In this document: piece after piece, positions 1-8,539 of the stretch
Layout: each line of letters starts with the position of its first letter
Position numbering within the stretch: the first letter of the stretch is position 1
The notes under the pieces: generated by a model
The model's database searches: none
What the model saw: the letters and a program-made list of their open reading frames with translations, nothing else
What the model was told of the DNA's origin: nothing
Source of the DNA: a virus
Direction: 5' to 3' (one strand)
UHGV virus genome: UHGV-0176920
Length of the DNA: 19,666 nt
Made by a program: the position numbers and the translations under genes

Positions 1-205
1 TTATGCAGCCATCAGAAAATGATGTCAAAAATATTCCAATGCTTTAGGTTCATTTTTTGGTAAGCGTCAAACATGCGCGTTCTGGCTGTGCGTAACCGGA
101 ACCTGTGCGAGCACGATGTCGATAAGTGAAAGGCATCGTGCTATTAAGGGAGATTCTATCGATGTGGTCAATGGAAGACGGTGACCAGGGATAGGGCTTA
201 TGCAT

Positions 206-232
206 AAAAAATAAGCCTGTGTAAGGGAGATT
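206..232. other. Phage attachment core (att) candidate, P2 attP-core-like 27-mer
   Basis: Sequence aaaaaataagcctgtgtaagggagatt lies ~80 bp beyond the int stop. It matches the P2 attP core as I recall it (AAAAAATAAGCCCGTGTAAGGGAGATT) except one position; recall-based, not searched. Confidence 0.5.
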
Positions 233-311
233 TAGGGTGTCACCAGTAGGGGCTTTCAACGGTACAATGCGGGTTTGAGCGGCATAAATTACCACTGAAA
301 GCCCTTAAACG

Positions 312-1325
312 TTACTCTACTGTGGACACTGTGTGGACACTCTCGGCTTCAGTACCACCTCTTAGCGGATTAAGAGAAATGGCGTCCTGAAGGTACTCTG
401 GCGCAAAATGAGCGTAAACCATAGTTTGCTCAATCCGCGTGTGACCTAGTATCCGTTGTAGCGTGATAATACTTCCTCCATTAATCATGAAATGAGTGGC
501 AAAGCTGTGCCTTAGTGCATGTGTGGCTTGCCCCGTTGGCAAATCCGGTTTTATTGCTTTCATTGTTCGTCTGAAGCGAGGGTAATCAGCATCAGGGAAT
601 AAAAAACCTCGTTTGTTATCCGCGATCATTTTGGCAACAGCCTCTGAGATCGGGACGGTGCGTGGTTTGTTTGTTTTCGTTTTAACAAACGTGACGCGGT
701 TATGGATGATATTTTCTGCTTTCAAACGAGCTGCTTCTCCCCAACGTGCTCCTGTACTCAGGCAAAGAATCGCAATCTTTTTGTTGTCGCCGTCAAGTGC
801 TGCAAGCAGTAAGGCAATTTCTTCCTGTGTGAGATAGCCTGTTTCTGGTTTTTCCTCCTTAAGCCTCTTTGTCCCTCTGATAGGGTGCTCACCAAAGAAT
901 AACTCCGCTTCAATCAGGGCTGTAAACATGCCGCTAATACATGTTAAATCACGATTGATACTCGAAGGTTTAATACCCTGACTTCTTCGGGTGGCGCAGT
1001 ACTGGCTGATAAGGGATTTCGTGATTTGAAATGCGCATGGGTCATTCGTTATTTTTGTGAAGATTTCAATTTTTCCAAGATTAGATTTCCCATGCTCTTC
1101 GTGTTTACCCTTTAAATCCCACCAGATCTGTGTCAGTTCCGACAGACGTCGTTTGTCTGTTGGTTTTGATAGCCATTCTTTATTGTGGTGGTTGTACAAC
1201 GTGTATTTTTCGAAAGCGACAGCTTCGCTTTTCTTATCAAACTTCCTACGGATGCGTTTTCCGTTACGTCCAGTAGGGCGGATGTCCACTTCATATCGAC
1301 CATCATCGAGTTTTTTGATTGCCAT
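312..1325 (-). CDS. int: Tyrosine integrase (P2 Int-like), 337 aa
   Basis: 337-aa ORF with a C-terminal tyrosine-recombinase catalytic region (…HALRHSFATHF…LGHTRIEQTMVYAHF…). N-terminus MAIKKLDDGRYEVDIRPTGRNGKR matches P2 Int as I recall it. GGAGG lies 8 nt upstream of the ATG on the minus strand. Confidence 0.95.
   Translation of the reverse strand: MAIKKLDDGRYEVDIRPTGRNGKRIRRKFDKKSEAVAFEKYTLYNHHNKEWLSKPTDKRRLSELTQIWWDLKGKHEEHGKSNLGKIEIFTKITNDPCAFQITKSLISQYCATRRSQGIKPSSINRDLTCISGMFTALIEAELFFGEHPIRGTKRLKEEKPETGYLTQEEIALLLAALDGDNKKIAILCLSTGARWGEAARLKAENIIHNRVTFVKTKTNKPRTVPISEAVAKMIADNKRGFLFPDADYPRFRRTMKAIKPDLPTGQATHALRHSFATHFMINGGSIITLQRILGHTRIEQTMVYAHFAPEYLQDAISLNPLRGGTEAESVHTVSTVE
321..341. 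promoter_or_regulatory. Tandem direct repeat TGTGGACACT x2 (11-bp period), candidate Int arm-type binding sites
   Basis: tgtggacactg tgtggacact read directly, overlapping the last codons of int. I recall the P2 Int arm-site consensus as TGTGGACA; assignment is by recall. Confidence 0.4.
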
Positions 1326-1440
1326 CAGAAAACCCTCCGAGTGGTACTTTTTTTTGCTACTACTAATCGCTTTTTTCGTGGTGGCTGAAATTTAGCCACC
1401 AATAGTAGGCACTTGTGATGAATATATTCACGATAAATTG

Positions 1441-1740
1441 TTAACCAGTCTTTTGACCGGAGTGGGGCGACGTTGTTTCGTTTTGCCCAAAGTGTGCGAG
1501 AGCGGGCGCAATTTGCCCGGCTTCTGGAGCTACCTGATCAGTCATGAACCACAAAGTATATTTAGTAAATCTGGGATGTTGTAAGACCTTCATTATGGCT
1601 TCAACTCCAGCGTTTTTTGACCGGCTCTCATAGCTCGAAAGTGAGCTGTAGGCTACACCAGTTAATTCACTGAATTCTTTACGGTTTAACCTTTCAGATT
1701 CACGGATTAGCTTCAACTTCTCCGAAACGTCTATTGACAT
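1441..1740 (-). CDS. C: Immunity repressor C (P2 C-like), 99 aa
   Basis: ATG at 1740 chosen inside the longer ORF-track ORF (1441..1812), giving 99 aa starting MSIDVSEKLKLIRE. C-terminal half (FTKYTLWFMT…APALAHFGQNETTSPHSGQKTG) is P2 C-like; the N-terminal HTH part differs from my recollection of P2 C. Divergent to cox. Confidence 0.85.
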   Translation of the reverse strand: MSIDVSEKLKLIRESERLNRKEFSELTGVAYSSLSSYESRSKNAGVEAIMKVLQHPRFTKYTLWFMTDQVAPEAGQIAPALAHFGQNETTSPHSGQKTG

Positions 1741-1817
1741 AATTACTCCGATTGCGTAATTTCTTGCTGATAGTGTGAAATGTTGTGCTTCTGGAGTTAT
1801 CCTTTTAGGCAATAATT

Positions 1818-1836
1818 AGCCATTAGGAGCCATTAG
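1818..1836. promoter_or_regulatory. Candidate repressor operator: direct repeat AGCCATTAG x2 (10-bp period) in the C/cox switch region (Pe/Pc)
   Basis: ttAGCCATTAGgAGCCATTAGaag read directly between C and cox starts. P2 C is known to bind direct rather than inverted repeats; promoter -10/-35 elements were not confidently located. Confidence 0.35.
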
Positions 1837-1861
1837 AAGCACTAAGGGAGAATCGTAGCAG

Positions 1862-2137
1862 ATGAATAGACAGCTTGTAAGCGTGACTGATGCCGTGCCT
1901 TATCAGGAGTTTGCAAAACTCATTGGTAAAACTCCAAGAGCTGTAAGGGGCATGATTGAGAAAGGGAAATTACCAGTTATTGAGATTACTGACCCTCAGT
2001 CAGTATCGGGGCGTGCTGGTGAATATTGGGTATACCTTCCGGCATGGAATAACGGACTAAAACTGGCTTATGAAAGCCGTCCTAAAGAGATTCGTGACGG
2101 CTGGTTGATGTGGTTAGGTCTCGGTGAACCACGTTAA
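1862..2137 (+). CDS. cox: Cox, excisionase / early-promoter regulator (P2 Cox-like), 91 aa
   Basis: 91-aa ORF; sequence …GRAGEYWVYLPAWNNGLKLAYESRPKEIRDGWLMWLGLGEPR matches P2 Cox as I recall it. First gene of the rightward early operon, divergent from C. Confidence 0.9.
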   Translation: MNRQLVSVTDAVPYQEFAKLIGKTPRAVRGMIEKGKLPVIEITDPQSVSGRAGEYWVYLPAWNNGLKLAYESRPKEIRDGWLMWLGLGEPR

Positions 2138-2147
2138 GGAGAACCGT

Positions 2148-2318
2148 ATGAATGAGCCTCGTTGTATTGCTCAGTTATTGCGTAACGAAAGCCCCAGGGC
2201 GATTGACTTCACCATCACCCACGGTAAGGGGCGTAAGGGAATCATTATCCGCACCAAAAAACAGAGTCCGTTAAAAAAGGCTCTGACCTTTCTGAAAAGC
2301 CGGAGGGTCTGGAAATGA
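2148..2318 (+). CDS. Small hypothetical early protein (P2 orf78 position)
   Basis: ATG at 2148 preceded by AAGGAG (2136-2141) inside ORF-track ORF 2124..2318. Basic small protein; stop overlaps the B start (ATGA). Confidence 0.5.
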   Translation: MNEPRCIAQLLRNESPRAIDFTITHGKGRKGIIIRTKKQSPLKKALTFLKSRRVWK

Positions 2319-2815
2319 CAGTGATGACGCTCAATCTCGTTGAAAAACAGCCAGCAGCTATGCGCCGGATAATTGGTAAGCATCTGGCCGTCCCTCGCTG
2401 GCAGGAGACATGCGATTATTATAATCAGATGATGGAACGCGAACGGCTAACGGTTTGCTTCCATGCGCAGTTAAAACAGCGTCACGCAACGATGCGTTTT
2501 GAAGAAATGAACGACGTCGAACGTGAACGGCTGGTTTGTGCAATTGATGAACTGCGTGGGGCATTCTCAAAACGCCGTCAGGTCGGTGCAAGTGAGTATG
2601 CATATATTAGCTTTTTAACTGTCAGTCAGCGCCGTACTTTATTTATGCATGCCGGATTGACTGAAAAAGAATTCAACCAGCCATACTGGCGAATTAATGA
2701 AGAATCATGTTACTGGCGTGATGCCTTATTCCGTGCATTACGTGAATTATTCAGCCTGTTTGAGTATGCACCGACAATTCTGACGTCGGTAAAACCAGAG
2801 CAATATCTGCATTAA
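2315..2815 (+). CDS. B: Replication protein B (P2 B-like, helicase-loader type), 166 aa
   Basis: 166-aa ORF at the P2 B position with the P2 B length; start coupled to the upstream stop. Confidence 0.85.
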   Translation: MTVMTLNLVEKQPAAMRRIIGKHLAVPRWQETCDYYNQMMERERLTVCFHAQLKQRHATMRFEEMNDVERERLVCAIDELRGAFSKRRQVGASEYAYISFLTVSQRRTLFMHAGLTEKEFNQPYWRINEESCYWRDALFRALRELFSLFEYAPTILTSVKPEQYLH

Positions 2816-2878
2816 GTAATTAACCAGAGTTTTTAACGCACTTAATTGTGCGGGGCTTCTTTTTGCCTGGAGAAAGTC

Positions 2879-3103
2879 ATGCATACAGTTTCTGAAAATC
2901 AGTGCGGTAAATACGCATTACTGCTGCAACAGGCCAGAACCGAAGCACAGGCCGACGCAGCGACGCGCTTTTCTTCTCATCTTGACGCCATGATTCGCCA
3001 CATCACAAAGGCGGAGTTATCCCGCGTGGAGATAGTCGAGCTGCTCAGTCAGGAGTCGGAAAAATTTCACAATATCGGATTGTCTCGCGGGGAGGTGCTT
3101 TGA
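2879..3103 (+). CDS. Hypothetical early protein (P2 orf80 position)
   Basis: ATG at 2879 with GGAG 6 nt upstream, inside ORF-track ORF 2846..3103. Position and orientation in the early operon. Confidence 0.6.
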   Translation: MHTVSENQCGKYALLLQQARTEAQADAATRFSSHLDAMIRHITKAELSRVEIVELLSQESEKFHNIGLSRGEVL

Positions 3104-3405
3104 TGTCCTGTTCTCGTTCAGTTGTATTACTGAATAACGCCTTAAAAATCGCCGTTATGAAAAATGGCGATTTATCTCTTATTCAACTTGGTCTTGATAA
3201 AGAAAAACGCGAAATAACTGAGTCTGTTATCGCGATTTATCAGAACGAATTAAATCTCCTGTCTGATGTGGTCAATTTACTTGTTAAACGCGCTGTATTT
3301 CACAAGCAAATCTCCTCCGTGGATGAACTGACGAAATTAACGACAGAAATTGCCAGCTATTGCGCTGATGAATTTAAAAAACTTAACGACAAAAGGAGCT
3401 GGTAA
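3100..3405 (+). CDS. Hypothetical early protein (P2 orf81 position), 101 aa
   Basis: ORF with GGGGAGG upstream; start overlaps the previous stop; synteny. Confidence 0.65.
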   Translation: MMSCSRSVVLLNNALKIAVMKNGDLSLIQLGLDKEKREITESVIAIYQNELNLLSDVVNLLVKRAVFHKQISSVDELTKLTTEIASYCADEFKKLNDKRSW

Positions 3406-3629
3406 TGCCGGACAACGTAGATTTTATTCAGGAACAACAGGCTGAATTACTGGAGCGCCAGATTAACGCGGCAAGGGTAAAGCATTGCGGTGTTTCTGCG
3501 CTGGTTTGCGAAGAGTGTGACGCGCCAATACCTGCTGCCCGTCGTGCGGCTTATCCGTCAGCCACGCGTTGTGTTTCCTGCCAGTCAGTCTTTGAAGCAA
3601 AAAACAAACATTACCGGAGAACGGCATGA
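3405..3629 (+). CDS. TraR/DksA-family C4 zinc-finger protein (P2 orf82 position), 74 aa
   Basis: Four cysteines in a CxxC…CxxC arrangement (HCGVSALVCEECDAPIP…ATRCVSCQ) typical of TraR/DksA-type zinc fingers; AAGGAG upstream. Confidence 0.75.
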   Translation: MPDNVDFIQEQQAELLERQINAARVKHCGVSALVCEECDAPIPAARRAAYPSATRCVSCQSVFEAKNKHYRRTA

Positions 3630-3907
3630 GTATTCGTATTGAAATTGGCGAGCGTTATGTCGTCACAAATGACCGTTTTCAGTTCATTTTGCAGGAGAGA
3701 AAGACCGCTGAAACCGGGAAGAATGCCGGTAAAGAGTGGCTGGATGTTGTCGGCTATTACCCCAAATTAAACCAGCTCGTTTCCGGTCTGATCCATCACG
3801 ATATTTTGAGCGGTAACGCTGTCTCTTTTGAGGCGCTGAGCTCTCAGGTTGAGCAGCTCGGTCAGCAGTGTCTGACTGCGTTTCTCTGTGCGGGGAAATC
3901 TAAATGA
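3626..3907 (+). CDS. Hypothetical early protein (P2 orf83 position), 93 aa
   Basis: ORF start overlaps the orf82 stop; its stop overlaps ATG 3904 of the next gene (ATGA). Confidence 0.65.
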   Translation: MSIRIEIGERYVVTNDRFQFILQERKTAETGKNAGKEWLDVVGYYPKLNQLVSGLIHHDILSGNAVSFEALSSQVEQLGQQCLTAFLCAGKSK

Positions 3908-4912
3908 TAGTTGATACCCGCTGCCGAGCTGAAAGCTCTATCAATATTATTTCTGTTTCTGGCGGAAAGGATAGCCTTGCTCAATGGCTTGTTGGTATTG
4001 AAAGCGGTGTGCATTTTTTTGCCGGTTTTTGCAGACACCGGGCATGAGCATCCGCAGACAATGGAGTATCTCGATTATCTGGAGAACCGACTCGGGCCGG
4101 TTAAACGGGTTAAAGCTGACTTCTCCCGACAGATTGAAGGTAAGCGCAAGTTTATTGCTGAGAAATGGCCTGTTTCTCTGGTTGAAGAGTGCGGAATGTC
4201 TCCGGGGGAAGCGGCAGAGCGCATCAATTGTGCGCTGGAAATTCTCAAGCCTACTGGTATCCCATTTCTTGATTTGTGCATGTGGAAAGGGCGATTTCCT
4301 TCCACTAAAGCCAGATTTTGCACTTTTGACCTTAAACATGAGCCAGTACGTACTCAGGTCGTGTTACCTGCGCTTAATGAGTTTGATGAGGTAATTAGCT
4401 GGCAGGGGATTCGCGCTCAGGAGTCTCCTGCGCGCGCGGGTCTGCCTGCCTGGGAAGAGGATGCGGACAATACGCCCGGGCTCCATGTATACCGTCCTAT
4501 TCTGAACTGGACGCATGAGGAGGTATTTGCATTTGCAAGACGTCATGGAATTAAACCTAATCCGTTATACCAGCAGGGATGCAGTCGTGTCGGTTGTATG
4601 CCCTGCATCCACGCCAGAAAGTCTGAATTAGCTGAAATTTTTAGTCGCTGGCCGGAAGAGGTTAAGCGTGTTGCGGAATGGGAGCGACTTGTCGCCGCAT
4701 GCTCCAGACGCGGAAATTCTACTTTCTTCCCGTCAACTCATGACCCGCGTCGTGCGGAACGCCGCATTGATATTATTACTGTCGATGCTTACGGAATTGA
4801 GTCTTATCGTGACTGGGCGATGACCACGCGTGGCGGGGCACAGTTTGATTTGCTGGCTTCGGTGAATGATAAGTCAGTTTGCAGTAGTGTCTATGCCGGT
4901 GTATGTGAATGA
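3904..4912 (+). CDS. PAPS reductase / PP-loop ATP-pyrophosphatase family protein (DndC-like), apparently frameshifted near 4014-4030
   Basis: Frame starting at ATG 3904 encodes MIVDTRCRAESSINIISVSGGKDSLAQWLVGIESGVHFF with the PP-loop SGGKDS at 3958-3975, then stops at TGA 4045-4047. The +1 frame (ORF-track 3911..4912) carries the rest of the fold: FADTGHEHPQT, WQGIRAQES..R, LNWTHEEVF, GCSRVGCMPC. Stop overlaps the A start (ATGA). Confidence 0.7.
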
Positions 4913-7194
4913 GTCATTCTTTCCAGGAGCAATACACCTGCGTACCTCCGTCAGCATTTGCTGCAGGCACCGGTAAGGCGTTTACCGGTGCTTATGCATG
5001 GAACGCGCCACGCGAGGCCGTCGGGCGCGAAAGACCCCTTACACGTGACGAGATGCGTCAGGTGCAAGGTGTTTTATCCACGATTAACCGCCTGCCTTAC
5101 TTTTTGCGCTCGCTGTTTACTTCACGCTATGACTACATCCGGCGCAATAAAAGCCCGGTGCACGGGTTTTATTTCCTCACATCTACTTTTCAGCGTCGTT
5201 TATGGCCGCGCATTGAGCGCGTGAATCAGCGCCATGAAATGAACACCGACGCGTCGTTGCTATTTCTGGCAGAGCGTGACCACTATGCGCGCCTGCCTGG
5301 AATGAATGACAAGGAGCTGAAAAAGTTTGCCGCCCGTATCTCATCGCAGCTTTTCATGATGTATGAGGAACTCTGCGATGCATGGGTTGATGCACATGGC
5401 GAAAAAGAATCGCTGTTTACGGATGAGGCGCAGACTCACCTGTATGGTCATGTTGCTGGCGCTGCACGTGCTTTCAATATTTCCCCGCTCTACTGGAAAA
5501 AATACCGTAAAGGACAGATAACCACGAGGCAGGCATATTCTGCCATTGCCCGTCTGTTTAACGATGAGTGGTGGACTCATCAGCTTAAAGGCCAGCGTAT
5601 GCGCTGGCATGAGGCGTTACTGATTGCTGTCGGGGAGGTCAATAAAGACCGTTCTCCTTATGCCAGTAAACATGCCATTCGTGATGTGCGTGCGCGCCGC
5701 CAGGCAAATCTGGAGTTTCTTAAATCGTGTGACCTTGAAAACAGGGAAACCGGCGAACGCATCGACCTTATCAGTAAGGTGATGGGCAGTATTTCTAATC
5801 CTGAAATTCGCCGGATGGAGCTGATGAACACCATTGCCGGTATTGAGCGTTACGCCGCCGCAGAGGGTGATGTGGGGATGTTTATCACGCTGACCGCGCC
5901 GTCAAAGTATCACCCGACACGTCAGGTCGGAAAAGGCGAAAGTAAAACCGTTCAGCTTAATCACGGCTGGAACGATGAGGCATTTAATCCAAAGGATGCG
6001 CAGCGTTATCTCTGCCGTATCTGGAGCCTGATGCGCACGGCATTCAAGGATAATGATTTACAGGTCTACGGTTTGCGAGTCGTCGAGCCACACCACGACG
6101 GAACGCCGCACTGGCATATGATGCTTTTTTGTAATCCACGCCAGCGTAACCAGATTATTGAAATCATGCGTCGCTACGCGCTCAAAGAGGATGGCGACGA
6201 AAGAGGAGCTGCGCGAAACCGTTTTCAGGCAAAACACCTTAACCGGGGCGGTGCTGCAGGGTATATCGCGAAATACATCTCAAAAAACATCGATGGCTAT
6301 GCACTGGATGGTCAGCTCGATAACGATACCGGCAGGCCGCTGAAAGACACTGCCGCGGCTGTTACCGCATGGGCGTCAACGTGGCGCATTCCGCAATTTA
6401 AAACGGTTGGCCTGCCGACAATGGGGGCTTACCGTGAACTACGCAAATTGCCTCGCGGCGTCAGCATTGCTGATGAGTTTGACGAGCGCGTCGAGGCTGC
6501 ACGCGCCGCTGCAGACAGTGGTGATTTTGCGTTGTATATCAGCGCGCAGGGCGGGGCAAATGTCCCGCGCGATTGTCAGACTGTCAGGGTCGCCCGTAGC
6601 CCGTCGGATGACGTTAACGAGTACGAGGAAGAAGTCGAGAGAGTGGTCGGCATTTACGCGCCGCATCTCGGCGCGCGTCATATTCATATCACCAGAACGA
6701 CGGACTGGCGCATTGTTCCGAAAGTGCCGGTCGTTGAGCCTTTGACTTTAAAAAGCGGCATCGCCGCGCCTCGGAGTCCTGTCAATAACTGTGGAAAGCT
6801 CACCGGTGGTGATACTTCGTTACCGGCTCCCACACCTTCTGAGCACGCCGCAGCAGTGCTTAATCTGGTAGATGACGGTGTTATCGAATGGAATGACCCG
6901 GAGGTCGTGAGGGCGCTCAGAGGTGCATTAAAACACGGCCTGAGAAGACCAAACCGTCAGCAAAGAAACGGAAGCCCGTTAAAACCGCATGAAATAGCGC
7001 CATCGGCCAGACTGACCCGGTCTGAACGATTGCAAATCACCCGTATCCGCGTTGACCTTGCTCAGAACGGTATCAGGCCGCAGCGATGGGAGCTTGAGGC
7101 GCTGGCGCGTGGCGCGACCGTAAATTATGACGGGAAAAAATTCACGTATCCGGTCGCTGATGAGTGGTCGGGATTCTGGCATCAATTTGAGTAA
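4909..7194 (+). CDS. A: Replication initiation protein A (rolling-circle nickase, P2 A-like), 761 aa
   Basis: 761-aa ORF of P2 A length at the P2 A position; contains a paired-tyrosine-type segment (…GYIAKYISKNIDGY…) and HxH-like segment (…DGTPHWHMMLF…) typical of rolling-circle initiators. Confidence 0.95.
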   Translation: MSHSFQEQYTCVPPSAFAAGTGKAFTGAYAWNAPREAVGRERPLTRDEMRQVQGVLSTINRLPYFLRSLFTSRYDYIRRNKSPVHGFYFLTSTFQRRLWPRIERVNQRHEMNTDASLLFLAERDHYARLPGMNDKELKKFAARISSQLFMMYEELCDAWVDAHGEKESLFTDEAQTHLYGHVAGAARAFNISPLYWKKYRKGQITTRQAYSAIARLFNDEWWTHQLKGQRMRWHEALLIAVGEVNKDRSPYASKHAIRDVRARRQANLEFLKSCDLENRETGERIDLISKVMGSISNPEIRRMELMNTIAGIERYAAAEGDVGMFITLTAPSKYHPTRQVGKGESKTVQLNHGWNDEAFNPKDAQRYLCRIWSLMRTAFKDNDLQVYGLRVVEPHHDGTPHWHMMLFCNPRQRNQIIEIMRRYALKEDGDERGAARNRFQAKHLNRGGAAGYIAKYISKNIDGYALDGQLDNDTGRPLKDTAAAVTAWASTWRIPQFKTVGLPTMGAYRELRKLPRGVSIADEFDERVEAARAAADSGDFALYISAQGGANVPRDCQTVRVARSPSDDVNEYEEEVERVVGIYAPHLGARHIHITRTTDWRIVPKVPVVEPLTLKSGIAAPRSPVNNCGKLTGGDTSLPAPTPSEHAAAVLNLVDDGVIEWNDPEVVRALRGALKHGLRRPNRQQRNGSPLKPHEIAPSARLTRSERLQITRIRVDLAQNGIRPQRWELEALARGATVNYDGKKFTYPVADEWSGFWHQFE

Positions 7195-7320
7195 GGATCT
7201 CATCTATACAGTATAAGTAGTTTTGACTGTAATTGATTGTTTTTTATATGGTTGCATGCATTAAATCTACGTCAATATCATTATGTTATAATGCATTACT
7301 TAAAAATGTTGGAGATAAAA

Positions 7321-7512
7321 ATGTTAAAGCCTGCAGATGTTGTTTGTTTGAAAAGCGGTGGATTTAAAATGACTGTATCTGACTCTACTGAAACTCATGC
7401 TAAATGTATTTGGCATGATAAAGAAGGAGTTTTGCACGAGGAGTCATTCTCCATTGATTTACTGGAAATAGCAGAGAGTAAAAGTGGTATGCTTTGTCGT
7501 CCACGTAAGTGA
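7321..7512 (+). CDS. Small DUF2158 (YodC-like) family protein, 63 aa (P2 orf91 position)
   Basis: ATG 7321 preceded by GGAG (7311-7314), inside ORF-track ORF 7237..7512 which begins with TTG. Motif LKSGGFKMTV resembles the DUF2158 signature as I recall it. AT-rich. Confidence 0.55.
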   Translation: MLKPADVVCLKSGGFKMTVSDSTETHAKCIWHDKEGVLHEESFSIDLLEIAESKSGMLCRPRK

Positions 7513-7539
7513 ATCATAATAAAATTCACGGGGGAAAGT

Positions 7540-8220
7540 ATGAAACAATACAGCGAATTAGAAAACAATGTTAAGAGATTCATTGTTGAGCATGAAAAAG
7601 GGATTTCTATTGATGATATTCATCATAAGTTCCGGATGAAGGATGGTCAGAATCGCAAGATGGCAGATTATCTTATTGATAATAAAAAGATAATTTTGGA
7701 GATGAAAAGTCTTTTTTCTGACAGGGTCAAGAATGTCAATGATAAACTGAATGAGTTGGTTAAAACTGATAGTTGGCTTGCAAAAAACTGGCATGGTGCT
7801 ATTCATTTAGAAGAGTTGATAAAAAGACACCCAGACTCAAAGCGATTTAGAAATGATATAATGAACTTTGCTTATGAAAATATTAAAACAAAGATAGTTA
7901 AGGAAGCTAATAAGCAAATAAATGCAACAAAGGATGTTTTGGATTTAAATGACTCGATTGGCGGGTTGATTTTGTTAAATGATAATGTCTTTTCACATGA
8001 GTCTAATTATTTGTCAGATGAAATATTATATTTGCTAGGCACAAAGAGATATTCGAGTGTTGAGTTTGTGGTTTATATTGCAAAATTGATTGATAAACAG
8101 GTTGATGTTTGTGTGCTACTTGACAGTCAATCTAAAAATAAAAATTATATTGAATGGTATATGAATAATGTTTTTTTATTGAACTGGGCGTCTTTTAATA
8201 AATATGCAATAAAGATGTAG
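7540..8220 (+). CDS. Hypothetical protein, 226 aa, cargo gene at the P2 tin position; function unknown
   Basis: Clean ORF with GGGGGAAAG-type RBS before ATG 7540, 27 nt downstream of the small ORF (likely co-transcribed). Strongly AT-rich, Lys/Asn-rich protein with no Walker or catalytic signature I can recognise. Confidence 0.7.
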   Translation: MKQYSELENNVKRFIVEHEKGISIDDIHHKFRMKDGQNRKMADYLIDNKKIILEMKSLFSDRVKNVNDKLNELVKTDSWLAKNWHGAIHLEELIKRHPDSKRFRNDIMNFAYENIKTKIVKEANKQINATKDVLDLNDSIGGLILLNDNVFSHESNYLSDEILYLLGTKRYSSVEFVVYIAKLIDKQVDVCVLLDSQSKNKNYIEWYMNNVFLLNWASFNKYAIKM

Positions 8221-8539
8221 TGGTGTGGATGGATATGAAATGAGTCAACCAAGATGCACCTTGGTCAGTAATCTCATGTGAGATACCACATATAACACCA
8301 AAAGTGTCAGGTTGATGGCCATTGTTCACCGTTTACAGCAGATTATGGTCAACGAAAATCTGACGCCTGACGAGCTGGTCGGGTGTGCCGAAATAGTCTG
8401 GGATAATTACGGGCGGTTTAACTATATCGGTCAGTCCAGAGTTGCGCCACCACCACGCAGACGATAGAGAACGCCGCCAGTCGTGAAACTTGTTTTCAGG
8501 CTGGCGGAGTTGAACAACGAGCGAAGTGAGGCGTTAGCA

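Noticed and set aside
50-295. 81-aa minus-strand ORF overlapping the att core region
   Set aside because: It has no convincing RBS, spans the att core-like sequence, and has low-complexity composition; most likely a chance ORF in a non-coding att/flank region.
7540-8220. Rx4H string (RFIVEH) near the N-terminus of the 226-aa cargo protein as a HEPN motif
   Set aside because: Such short patterns occur by chance often, and the N-terminal position is atypical for HEPN; not used for annotation.
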